Shown piece after piece: positions 1 through 7,681 of a DNA stretch of 64,000 nucleotides (position 1 is the stretch's first letter; each line of letters starts with the position of its first letter). The notes beneath the pieces are model-generated. The model saw nothing but the letters and a program-made list of their open reading frames with translations, was not told where the DNA came from and searched no databases. Made by a program: the position numbers and the translations under genes. The stretch is from positions 9,785-73,784 of the forward strand of contig DATEVL010000038.1 of the NCBI GenBank assembly GCA_035281845.1. Direction: 5' to 3'. This DNA is from Anaerolineales bacterium (GTDB lineage: Bacteria > Chloroflexota > Anaerolineae > Anaerolineales > E44-bin32).

Positions 1-723
1 CAACCCGCCCGACTCGAGGCGCGCGCCCTCGGAGGCGCTCAGGTCAGCCTGGGCGGGCAGGAGGTCCGGCCCCTGAAGCCGCAGCTGCGTGAGATCCTGC
101 TGTACTTGATCGACCGCGGCTCGGCCTCGCGGGACGAATTAGGCGAAGTCTTTTGGCCCGCCTCCCCACCCGGGAAGCGCAACGCCAATATCCACATGGC
201 GATCCATTCCCTGCGCCGCTCCTTGGGCAGGGAGGTTGTGGAGTCGGACGGCGGGACGTATCAGATCACTCCGGCGTTGGAGGTGACCTACGATGTCGCC
301 AGCTTCCGCCGGGCGCGTGGAGTGGCCCTGTCGCTGCCTCGCGGCGACCCCCGTCGGTACTTCGCGCTCACCGAAGCGGTCAATTCCTACACCGGGGAGT
401 TCCTTCCCGAGGTTTCCAGCGAGTGGGCGACGGTTCGCCGCCGCGAACTCGAAATCCATTATCTGGAAGTCCTCTCCGGCTTCGGCGAAGAGGCCCTGAC
501 TCGCGACTTGCCGCAACGCGCCGTCGAACACATTCGCCGGGGCCTGGCGATCGACCCCTATCGCGACGACCTGAACGCCCAGTACATGGAGGCCTTGGGA
601 CGCCTGGGGCGACGAAGTGAGGTCGTCGCCCACTACCAACGCTACACCAACCTCCTGGATACGGAGCTCGGCCTGGATCCTCCTCGAGAGGTTCGCGAGC
701 TCTACGCCCGATTGATCCGCTAG
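1..723 (+). CDS. SARP/AfsR-family transcriptional activator with BTAD domain; 5' end lies outside the window
   Basis: Frame 1 is open from nt 1 (QPARLEARALGGAQVSLGGQEVRPLKPQLREILLYLIDRG...), so the ORF-track start at 106 (TTG) is internal. The C-terminal half has the BTAD-type layout (DPYRDDLNAQYMEALGRLGRRSEVVAHYQRYTNLLDTELGLDPPREVRELYARL). Stop TAG 721-723. Confidence 0.8.
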   Translation, partial: QPARLEARALGGAQVSLGGQEVRPLKPQLREILLYLIDRGSASRDELGEVFWPASPPGKRNANIHMAIHSLRRSLGREVVESDGGTYQITPALEVTYDVASFRRARGVALSLPRGDPRRYFALTEAVNSYTGEFLPEVSSEWATVRRRELEIHYLEVLSGFGEEALTRDLPQRAVEHIRRGLAIDPYRDDLNAQYMEALGRLGRRSEVVAHYQRYTNLLDTELGLDPPREVRELYARLIR

Positions 724-885
724 GCCGGAATTACCGATGAGGACCACGTGGCTGGAGGCACCTCCGGACCCGTCCCTTCCGAGGCAAGGTGGCCGCACGC
801 GTGAATCCAGGCTATTCTTCCTATTTAGTATAAAAGTATGAAGACCTATTCGAAATTCCCAATGTCGTCCTTCGGCTGCCTAAAG

Positions 886-918
886 GTTGAGAACCCGTTG
901 AGAACCCCTGTGTACTGT
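886..918 (+). promoter_or_regulatory. Exact tandem 11-mer GTTGAGAACCC x2 (886-896, 897-907) followed by -10-like TACTGT (913-918); candidate SARP-dependent promoter
   Basis: The repeats are read directly. The 11-nt periodicity and the ~8-nt gap from the last heptamer (TTGAGAA 898-904) to the -10-like hexamer match the published architecture of SARP-activated promoters, and the adjacent gene encodes a SARP. Function is not demonstrated. Confidence 0.35.
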
Positions 919-949
919 CAAGCCGATATTTGGAGAGGGAGGCGAGATC

Positions 950-979
950 ATGGCACGCGATCCAGTAGGTGGTCGGTAA
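950..979 (+). other. 9-codon mini-ORF (MARDPVGGR*) in the leader of the 1093 operon
   Basis: ATG 950 lies 7 nt after a strong SD-like GGAGAGGGAGG (932-942). Stop TAA 977-979. It sits about 40 nt upstream of a terminator hairpin. Confidence 0.3.
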
Positions 980-1017
980 GGCGTAATCTAAGCAGTTCAA
1001 TAGAAAGTCGGTTGCCA

Positions 1018-1052
1018 GGCAGCGAGGATTTCGCTTAGCTGCCTTTTGTTTT
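1018..1052 (+). terminator. Intrinsic terminator-like hairpin plus U-tract inside the leader (attenuator candidate)
   Basis: GGCAGC (1018-1023) pairs with GCTGCC (1038-1043), with additional inner pairs, and is followed by TTTTGTTTT (1044-1052). It lies 40 nt upstream of the SD AGGAGG (1082-1087) and ATG 1093. Confidence 0.55.
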
Positions 1053-1092
1053 ATACCGGCCTCATGCCGGACCAAGGACACAGGAGGAAACC

Positions 1093-1386
1093 ATGTCCAT
1101 GCAAGCGTTGAACCGTCTGGTGGCACGATCGATCGTCGACCCTTCCGTCCTTCAGGCTTTTGGCGCCGGGCAGATCGGCCAGGTCCTGGGCGAAATGGAC
1201 TTCTCGGCCGACGTGCGGCACACCCTGGTCGGCCTCGAGAGCGGCTCATGGGCCGAGTTCGCGATCCAGGCCTACCGGGTCGTGAAAGCGACTGAGAAGC
1301 CGGCTGTCCGCATCGAGCTGCCGTCCCCGCTCGAGGGTCTGATCGAAGCACAGCAGAAGCGCTCTGACGTCGGGCGAGTGGCGTGA
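1093..1386 (+). CDS. Hypothetical small protein (97 aa), helical N-terminal region
   Basis: Strong SD AGGAGG 6 nt upstream. Stop overlaps the next start (GTGA at 1383-1386), implying translational coupling. I recognise no family with confidence. Confidence 0.65.
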   Translation: MSMQALNRLVARSIVDPSVLQAFGAGQIGQVLGEMDFSADVRHTLVGLESGSWAEFAIQAYRVVKATEKPAVRIELPSPLEGLIEAQQKRSDVGRVA

Positions 1387-1880
1387 ACCCCGTCACTCGA
1401 GAAGAGCGCCGCTGGTTCCTGCACTGCCTGGCCCAGGGGCTCTTCGAGTACATGGGAGTGGCCGCGCCTCCGGTTCCGGTCGAGGGGCTGCTCCATCACC
1501 CGCCGGAAACGTACCGCGAGGACTTCGGCGTCGTCGATATGTACTCGACCCTGTGGGACGCCACCTTTGCCCGTCCGCCCAACGGCCGGGGAAGCGTCTT
1601 CGTCCGGATCGATCTCAGTCCGTCCGAACGCCGCTTCGCCCTGGCGCGGGAAGTGCTGAGCGCGCTGATTACCAGCCGCCACGGCCGGGCGATGGGCCTG
1701 GTGCAAATGCTCATGGCCGATCTCAAGGACTCCGCCGAGTATTTCGCCCGTTGCTTGCTTGTTCCCGAAGCCCTGCTGCAAGCTTTCCGCAGGCGGGGCG
1801 GGGACGTGGCGGATTTGGCGGAGCGCTTTGGCATCCCGTCCAGCGCAGCCGGATTGCGCTGGGAAGACTCGACCGCGTAG
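1383..1880 (+). CDS. ImmA/IrrE (M78, DUF955)-like protein with degenerate metal-binding motif
   Basis: RRFALAREVLSALITSRHG aligns by eye to the family motif (R)FtLAHELGHhllH, with both His replaced (H->R, H->S). The downstream AEYFARCLLVPEALL resembles the conserved E..AN.FAaeLLMP segment. Confidence 0.6.
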   Translation: MNPVTREERRWFLHCLAQGLFEYMGVAAPPVPVEGLLHHPPETYREDFGVVDMYSTLWDATFARPPNGRGSVFVRIDLSPSERRFALAREVLSALITSRHGRAMGLVQMLMADLKDSAEYFARCLLVPEALLQAFRRRGGDVADLAERFGIPSSAAGLRWEDSTA

Positions 1881-2074
1881 TTCACCCCCGACGCGGCGCG
1901 GGTCCGGACACGGGTGAGCGGCCTGGGCGAACGCCAGGTAACACCTTAGGTTGCGTCGGGCTCGGCCGCGCTTCCATCCAGCGCGCGCTGGCACTCAACT
2001 TGCACGGAGCACGGCTTGTTGGCGGCATGGGTATAATCCGCCGCCGGCCATGAGACGCGTGTGTCAGGTGCCCG

Positions 2075-3994
2075 GTGACATCCCCCGCCGGTAGTCCGCA
2101 ACCTCGGCCCCGGATCTCCTTTCGGGCCTGGGCTTTCCGACTGTTCGTTTTGCTGGCGGTCGTGCTGATTGCCCTCCTTGCACGGGCAGGGCTGGCCACC
2201 GGGGGGCCGCCTCCCACATCGCTCGACCCAACATTGCTCGCCCTGGCAACTCTGGTGGCCAATCCAGCAACACCCAGCGCCACCTCCGAGTCCTCCGGTG
2301 GGTCGATCCAGCCGCTTCCGACTCGCACAACCATTTCCGGGACCTTGGTGTACTCCGCGCGGGAGGCTGGCCGGTCCCACCTGTGGGCGATTTCCCAAGG
2401 CGACCCGGCGCCGACCCGTCTCACCACCGGGGATTTCAACGACCGCGAACCTGCCGCCAGCCCGGACGGTCGCTTCGTGGCCTTCGCCTCAGATCGCAAT
2501 GGGGGATGGGATCTGTATTTGCTTGACCTGGTCTCGGGCGAGGTCCGCCAATTGACTCAGACGACCTCCTTTGAAGGCCAGCCCACCTGGTCACCGGACG
2601 GCGTCTGGCTGGCGTATGAGTACTACGCCGGCGAGGACCTCGACATACGGATCCTCCCCGTCGATGGCAGCGAGAACCCGATCCAGCTCACCGACGCCCC
2701 TTCGATGGACTCGTCCCCCAGTTGGGATCCTGCCGGCAACCGGATTGCCTTCATTTCAGACCGGGACGGCCTCCCGGATGTCTATCTGGCCAACCTGCAA
2801 GACCCGAATGAGCGCTATCTGAACCTGACTCACTCGGCCTTGATCTCGGAAGCCGATCCCGCCTTTGCACCCGACGGCAAATCCCTCGCCTACTCCGGCC
2901 GAGGCAATGGTTTCGACTTCGTCTACGTAACGTCCCTGGAAAGCCAGAGTGGAGAAGCGAAGGAGATCGGCCTCGGACGCAACCCGGAGTGGTCGCCGGG
3001 CAGCGAGGCTTTGGGGGCGATACTCCCCTCCGCGCAGACCAGCCATTTCCTGGTTTACCCCGTCGTTTCGGCCGACCTCACCAGCGTCGGTTATCCATCG
3101 ATCCGAGGCATCGAGAGCCTGGCGTGGTCGGCGGGGGGCCTCCCGCCGGAAGTAACCGGGTGGTCGCCCGAAGTCGTCGAGGCCCACGCAGGTGTCGTCT
3201 CGATCAGCGCACCCACGGGAGCGCGGGTCGCCCTGACTCGGCTTGCGGGCGTGGACGCTCCCGCCCCGATGCTCTCGGATCTCGTTGACGATGCGTTCTC
3301 GGAGTTGCGCACCCGCGCAGCTCACGAAATTGGATGGGACGTCCTGGGAAGACTGGAGAATGCGTTCGTTGGAATCAACGCGCCGATGCCGCCTGGATTT
3401 TCCTACAACGATTGGCTGTACACCGGTCGGGCCTTTGCCCTAGACCCGGCCGCCCTGACTTCGGGACTCATCGAGGTCGTCCGGGAGGATTACGGCGCGG
3501 AGACGTACTGGCGGCTCTACCTGCGGGTGATCCCGCAAGACGGATCGCTGGGGGAGCCGATTCGTGTCCGACCATGGGATTTCAGCACTCGTTACACTGG
3601 CGACCCGACCACCTACGATCGAGGCGGCTCCCTGAAGGAGACTTTGCCGGATGGTTACTACGTGGACTTGACGAAGCTAGCCGCCGACTACGGATTCGAA
3701 CGTGTGCCGGCGATGTCCAACTGGCGGACGTACTTTCAGGCTGCCCGCTACAGCGAGTTCGCCCGCACCGACGGGCTGACATGGCTGAGCGCGATGCTGC
3801 AGATCTACCCACCGGAGGCGATCGTCACACCGACTCCGTATCGCACACCCACGGCGACGCCCACTCGCACGCTGGTGCCCACGCCGACTCCCTGGTACTG
3901 GCGCTGGATCCTCACCGCAACCGCGCTTGCGAAACCGAGCTCAACTTCGACTTCCACTTCACCTTCGATTTCGACCTTGACTCCGTCACCATGA
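2075..3994 (+). CDS. Membrane-anchored TolB-like PD40 beta-propeller protein with uncharacterised C-terminal domain and Thr/Pro-rich tail
   Basis: N-terminal hydrophobic anchor (FRLFVLLAVVLIALLA). Repeated PD40-type motifs (PAASPDGRFVAFASDRNGGWDLYLLDL, PTWSPDGVWLAYEY, PSWDPAGNRIAFISDRDG, PAFAPDGKSLAY). GTG start. Stop overlaps the next ATG (ATGA). Confidence 0.8.
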   Translation: MTSPAGSPQPRPRISFRAWAFRLFVLLAVVLIALLARAGLATGGPPPTSLDPTLLALATLVANPATPSATSESSGGSIQPLPTRTTISGTLVYSAREAGRSHLWAISQGDPAPTRLTTGDFNDREPAASPDGRFVAFASDRNGGWDLYLLDLVSGEVRQLTQTTSFEGQPTWSPDGVWLAYEYYAGEDLDIRILPVDGSENPIQLTDAPSMDSSPSWDPAGNRIAFISDRDGLPDVYLANLQDPNERYLNLTHSALISEADPAFAPDGKSLAYSGRGNGFDFVYVTSLESQSGEAKEIGLGRNPEWSPGSEALGAILPSAQTSHFLVYPVVSADLTSVGYPSIRGIESLAWSAGGLPPEVTGWSPEVVEAHAGVVSISAPTGARVALTRLAGVDAPAPMLSDLVDDAFSELRTRAAHEIGWDVLGRLENAFVGINAPMPPGFSYNDWLYTGRAFALDPAALTSGLIEVVREDYGAETYWRLYLRVIPQDGSLGEPIRVRPWDFSTRYTGDPTTYDRGGSLKETLPDGYYVDLTKLAADYGFERVPAMSNWRTYFQAARYSEFARTDGLTWLSAMLQIYPPEAIVTPTPYRTPTATPTRTLVPTPTPWYWRWILTATALAKPSSTSTSTSPSISTLTPSP

Positions 3995-5052
3995 GAACGA
4001 AACGTTTCGGCTTGATCCTGGCCATAGCGCTTCTGGTCGGCGCTTGCGCACCTGCCGCCGAAGTCCCCGGGCCCGGAACCCCTCTGCCGGAGACCACGCC
4101 AGAGGAGCCCAACTCACCTTCGGAGCCCGTGGCCACCATCGGCGCGGACGCCTCACGGTTGTCCGCCCCAGGGTTCGTCCAGGCTTCCACCGCATTCCCG
4201 GACGCCGTCGCCGGCTGGCGACCGCCACCCTACTCGGTCCCGTGGGCGCTCCGCCCCGAGGACCATTTCTACTTCTCTCGTCCGATCCCCTCGGGAGAGG
4301 TGAATTGGCCGCATCCCCGATTTCGGTATGGCGGTACCTTCTTCGGCGAGGAGAGCACGCACACCGGCGTCGACCTGGGAGCCAAACGCGACACACCTGT
4401 CCTGGCGGCCGGATCGGGTGAGGTTGTTTGGACCGGTTACGGCTTCTACCGCGGGATCCCCGACGAAGAAGATCCCTACGGCCTGGCCATAGCCATCCGG
4501 CATGACTTCGGCTACGAGGGTCAGCCGCTCTACACGGTTTACGCCCATCTCACAACGAGCGTCGTCTGGCGCGGGCAGCTGGTCGAAGGCGGCCAGGTGA
4601 TTGGCACCGTCGGGGATACCGGCCACGCCTCGGGCCCCCACCTGCATTTCGAGGTACGCCTGGGCGAGAACTACTATTTCTCGACCCGTAATCCGGAATT
4701 GTGGACGGCGCCGCCGGAGGGATGGGGGGTTCTTGCCGGCAGGGTCCTCGACACCTACGGGCGTCCCCTGGCCGAACAAGTCGTCAAAGTGACTTCGGTG
4801 GATACCAGTCAGGAATGGGAAGTGTGGACCTACGCTCTCGGCACCGTCGTCTCGGATGCGGTCTACAACGAAAACTTCGTCCTGGGCGATCTTCCGGCAG
4901 GGCCGTATCAGGTCGACATCGACTTCCAAGGCCTCATAAAAACGGCCTGGCTTTTCGTCCTCCCCGGGCAGACGACCTTTCTTGTCTTCCAGGGGACCAG
5001 CGGCTTTCGGATCGAACCAACCCCAACTCCCTCCGCCCTCGTTTCCCGCTGA
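3991..5052 (+). CDS. M23 family metallopeptidase, probable lipoprotein (353 aa)
   Basis: Signal/lipobox-like MRTKRFGLILAIALLVGAC. M23 motifs HTGVDL and GDTGHASGPHLHFEV. The longer ORF-track version (3334) is an out-of-frame overlap with the upstream gene. Confidence 0.85.
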   Translation: MRTKRFGLILAIALLVGACAPAAEVPGPGTPLPETTPEEPNSPSEPVATIGADASRLSAPGFVQASTAFPDAVAGWRPPPYSVPWALRPEDHFYFSRPIPSGEVNWPHPRFRYGGTFFGEESTHTGVDLGAKRDTPVLAAGSGEVVWTGYGFYRGIPDEEDPYGLAIAIRHDFGYEGQPLYTVYAHLTTSVVWRGQLVEGGQVIGTVGDTGHASGPHLHFEVRLGENYYFSTRNPELWTAPPEGWGVLAGRVLDTYGRPLAEQVVKVTSVDTSQEWEVWTYALGTVVSDAVYNENFVLGDLPAGPYQVDIDFQGLIKTAWLFVLPGQTTFLVFQGTSGFRIEPTPTPSALVSR

Positions 5053-5278
5053 AAGATCTAATCCCTCCTAGGCCACGGCCACCGAGGACCGGCGGGCCTT
5101 TCTTAGGGCGCGAATTGTGTGCGGAGTTGGTCGGCATCCTGAAGCGGTGGCGGGCGACCTGGGTCGGAGCGCCCCGAATCGGATGAGGCAGCATGACCCC
5201 CGCCCTTCCCGAACGGGACAAATTTCCGGACCGGCCAGGGCGGCCTGGTTGCAGGTCGACCAGTTATGTCAATAATGT

Positions 5279-5308
5279 TTGACTTGTCGCCGGTGAATGT
5301 GCTACTTT
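5279..5308 (+). promoter_or_regulatory. Sigma70-like promoter for the MBL gene (TTGACT-18-TGcTACTTT)
   Basis: TTGACT 5279-5284; TG-extended TACTTT 5303-5308; 24 nt upstream of ATG 5333. Confidence 0.4.
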
Positions 5309-5332
5309 CGGCGGCTGACCCGAGAGCCAATC

Positions 5333-6187
5333 ATGCGCGAACGAGTTGCCGACAACGTCTACGTCTTCACCAGCGAAATGTATGCCCAGGTCAACGCCGG
5401 GGTCATCGTGGGGCCCGGATGGTCGGTCGTGATCGACACGCTGGCCTATCCGGCGGAGACGCTTGAACTTCGCCAATTCGTCGAAAACGGCCTCGGCTCC
5501 CACGTCCGCTACTTGATCAACACCCACTACCACGCCGACCACACGTTGGGGACCTGGCTCTTCCCTGGTGCGGTCGTGATCGGGCACGCCGAGTGCCGGC
5601 GGCTGCTGGATACCCGCGGTCGCCAGGCACTGCAGCAAGCCCAGCAGAACAACCGCGACCTGCGTGAAATCGAGATCGTCTTGCCGGAAGTCGTCGTGCG
5701 CAATGAGCAGATCAGCCTGCGAATAGGCCGCAAGCGCCTGGAGCTGATTCCTCTGCCTGGGCACAGCCCGGATGGGCTCGGCGTCTTGTTGGTGGAGGAC
5801 CGGGTGCTGTTTGCCGGAGACGCCATGATGCCTCTTCCCTCGTTGATCGACGGAGAGATCGAGGCGATGGCCGGCAGCCTGCGACAGATTCCCCGAATGA
5901 AACTCGAGAACCTGGTGCAGGGCCACGGCGAGGTCATCTTGCGCGGGGAGATTCCCAATGCCGTTCGCAGCAACCTGGCTTACCTGAGCGCGCTCGACCG
6001 CTATGTGCGGCGGGCGCATCGGCGCCGCAGCGCGCCCACGGACCTCGATCAGGCGCCCGTCGAGGATTTCGGCAAGAGTCGGATCCTGATGAATGGCCTG
6101 GCCGGTGATCTGCACACGCGCAACTTGCAGGCGCTGTTGCATCGACAGGAAGGACGCAGCCGGCGATCCTCCGTCGGCAAGTTGTGA
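5333..6187 (+). CDS. MBL-fold metallo-hydrolase (284 aa)
   Basis: HxHxDH motif THYHADH. Typical beta-lactamase-fold N-terminus (VYVFTS...VNAGVIVGPGWSVVIDT). Start chosen at MRERVADN. Stop overlaps the next start. Confidence 0.85.
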   Translation: MRERVADNVYVFTSEMYAQVNAGVIVGPGWSVVIDTLAYPAETLELRQFVENGLGSHVRYLINTHYHADHTLGTWLFPGAVVIGHAECRRLLDTRGRQALQQAQQNNRDLREIEIVLPEVVVRNEQISLRIGRKRLELIPLPGHSPDGLGVLLVEDRVLFAGDAMMPLPSLIDGEIEAMAGSLRQIPRMKLENLVQGHGEVILRGEIPNAVRSNLAYLSALDRYVRRAHRRRSAPTDLDQAPVEDFGKSRILMNGLAGDLHTRNLQALLHRQEGRSRRSSVGKL

Positions 6188-6600
6188 AGTCGAAAGGGAG
6201 CGTTCGTCTCACCTTCGACGGCGGAAGCCGAGGAAACCCGGGGCCGGCCTACGGGTCCTTCCGCGTTCGGGGAACCGGCGCCGCCGCCGCCCTCCAGACG
6301 CTGCGCAGACTGCGCTTCCCCCAAGGGACCAGCAACGAGGCCGAGTACTGGAGTCTGCTGGAGGGGCTGCGCTGGACGATCAAAGAGGCCAGGGCCAAGC
6401 GGCTGTCCCCGGCGGAGTTGGACCTGAGCGTACATGGCGACAGCCTGCTCGTCATCCGTCAGTTGGAAGGGGAGTGGAAGGCACGCGACTCTCGCATGCG
6501 AAGGCTGAGAGACGAAGCCAACTCGTTGCTCGGCCGTTTCAAGCAGGTCCAATTGAGACATCGCCCGCGCGCGCAGTCCGTCGCCGAGTTCGGGCATTGA
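6184..6600 (+). CDS. RNase H type-1-like (RVT_3/RNase HI-like) protein
   Basis: FDGGSRGNPGPA, NEAEY and HGDSLLV motifs match the D-E-D catalytic segments. The last acidic motif is not obvious. GTG start overlaps the MBL stop (GTGA). Confidence 0.7.
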   Translation: MKSKGSVRLTFDGGSRGNPGPAYGSFRVRGTGAAAALQTLRRLRFPQGTSNEAEYWSLLEGLRWTIKEARAKRLSPAELDLSVHGDSLLVIRQLEGEWKARDSRMRRLRDEANSLLGRFKQVQLRHRPRAQSVAEFGH

Positions 6601-6625
6601 CCGCCGTCGCCGGGCGTGCCATAAT
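6597..6625 (+). promoter_or_regulatory. Promoter of the T-box leader (TTGACC-17-TGcCATAAT)
   Basis: TTGACC 6597-6602 (overlaps the RNase H-like stop codon), a 17-nt spacer, then TG-extended CATAAT 6620-6625. Confidence 0.55.
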
Positions 6626-6631
6626 CCACGC

Positions 6632-6937
6632 TCAATTCGATACGCAGGCGTTGAAGGAGACGAGTAGGCATCTCGAGCCTGTCAGCGAACCCGGAGTGGT
6701 GCGAGCGGGGCTGGCCAGGATGCCGAAAATCCCTCCGGAGCCGCAAGCTGAACGTCCCGGCTGGGACTAATAGGCGCGCCGGTCTCGCCCACCGTTAGCC
6801 GGGCGCAGGTAGAAGCCTCGCCGAAGGACGTCGTCGAGGTCGCACCTGGATGAGGGTCCGCCCGACGCGGAAACCAGGGTGGTAACGCGGGAACCATCAC
6901 GGCTCTCGTCCCTGAACGGACGGGAGCCGTTTCTGTT
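6632..6937 (+). promoter_or_regulatory. T-box riboswitch leader, probable Ile specifier (AUC)
   Basis: Stem I GA/AGUA-type elements (TTGAAGGAGACGAGTAGG 6651-6668). Distal AGCGA and GGTGCGA loops. GGCATC/GATGCC stem flanking a specifier-side loop GAAAAUCC with AUC at 6729-6731. T-box consensus AAACCAGGGTGGTAACGCGG (6871-6890). Terminator ACGGCTCTCGTCC/GGACGGGAGCCGT (6899-6930) plus TTCTGTT. Confidence 0.85.
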
Positions 6938-6967
6938 CCAACCGGGCGCTTCGGACGGAGGATCGGG

Positions 6968-7678
6968 ATGACCGTTGCACTGTATTACCAGGACGCATAT
7001 CTACGAGAGTTCGAGGCCGAGGTGGTTCGCCTTGACCGGGGCCGTGCTCAACTCGACCGGACGGCGTTCTACCCGGGCGGTGGAGGCCAGCCCGCGGACC
7101 GAGGCGTCCTGAAAACCGCAGCCGGCGACGCCCAGGTGGTCGATGTCAAGAAGGAGGCGGGCGAGATCTGGCATCATCTGGAGGGGGCCTTGCCATCGGT
7201 CGGAGAGGCCATCCGAGGAACCCTGGATTGGGAGAGGCGCCATCAGTTGATGCGCACCCACACGGCGATGCATATCCTGTGCGGCGTGATCTGGCGCGAC
7301 TATCGCGCCAGCGTAACCGGGGGTCAGATGTCCCCTCTGCAGGGGCGCATGGATTTCGAGTTCCCTACGATGCACCAGGACCTGGTCCGTTCGATCGAGC
7401 AGGCGATCAATGTCGAGGTCGACGCCGCGCGCGATGTCGGAAGCCGAATCCTGCCGCGCGTCGAGGCCTTTCAGATCCCGGACCTGATCCGAACGAAGAT
7501 CAACCTGCTGCCCGAAGGCATCACCGAGGTGAGAGTCGTAGAGATCGAGGGCCTCGATCTTCAGGCCGACGGTGGAACCCACGTCGCTAACACGCGCGAA
7601 GTGGGCCCGCTGCGCATCGTCGATTACAAGAGCAAAGGGGCCGCCAACAAGCGGCTCGTCGTGGCCCTGGAGGCCTGA
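6968..7678 (+). CDS. alaX: AlaX-type (Ala/Thr-tRNA synthetase editing domain, tRNA_SAD) trans-editing protein homolog
   Basis: N-terminus LYYQDAYLREFEAEV...RTAFYPGGGGQP and the HTAMH zinc motif. The second motif reads DGGTH instead of CGGTH. SD GGAGGA upstream. Confidence 0.75.
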   Translation: MTVALYYQDAYLREFEAEVVRLDRGRAQLDRTAFYPGGGGQPADRGVLKTAAGDAQVVDVKKEAGEIWHHLEGALPSVGEAIRGTLDWERRHQLMRTHTAMHILCGVIWRDYRASVTGGQMSPLQGRMDFEFPTMHQDLVRSIEQAINVEVDAARDVGSRILPRVEAFQIPDLIRTKINLLPEGITEVRVVEIEGLDLQADGGTHVANTREVGPLRIVDYKSKGAANKRLVVALEA

Positions 7679-7681
7679 GCC

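Noticed and set aside
838-1038. 66-aa ORF (MKTYSKFPMSSFG...) in the low-GC leader
   Set aside because: It has no SD. Its composition is unlike the rest of the proteome. It runs through the tandem 11-mers, the mini-ORF and into the terminator stem. A regulatory RNA explanation fits better.
3334-3990. Upstream 219 codons of the 572-aa ORF containing the M23 peptidase
   Set aside because: It is out of frame within the TolB-like gene and its sequence is Arg/Pro-rich. A lipoprotein signal peptide starts at ATG 3991, which overlaps the upstream stop.
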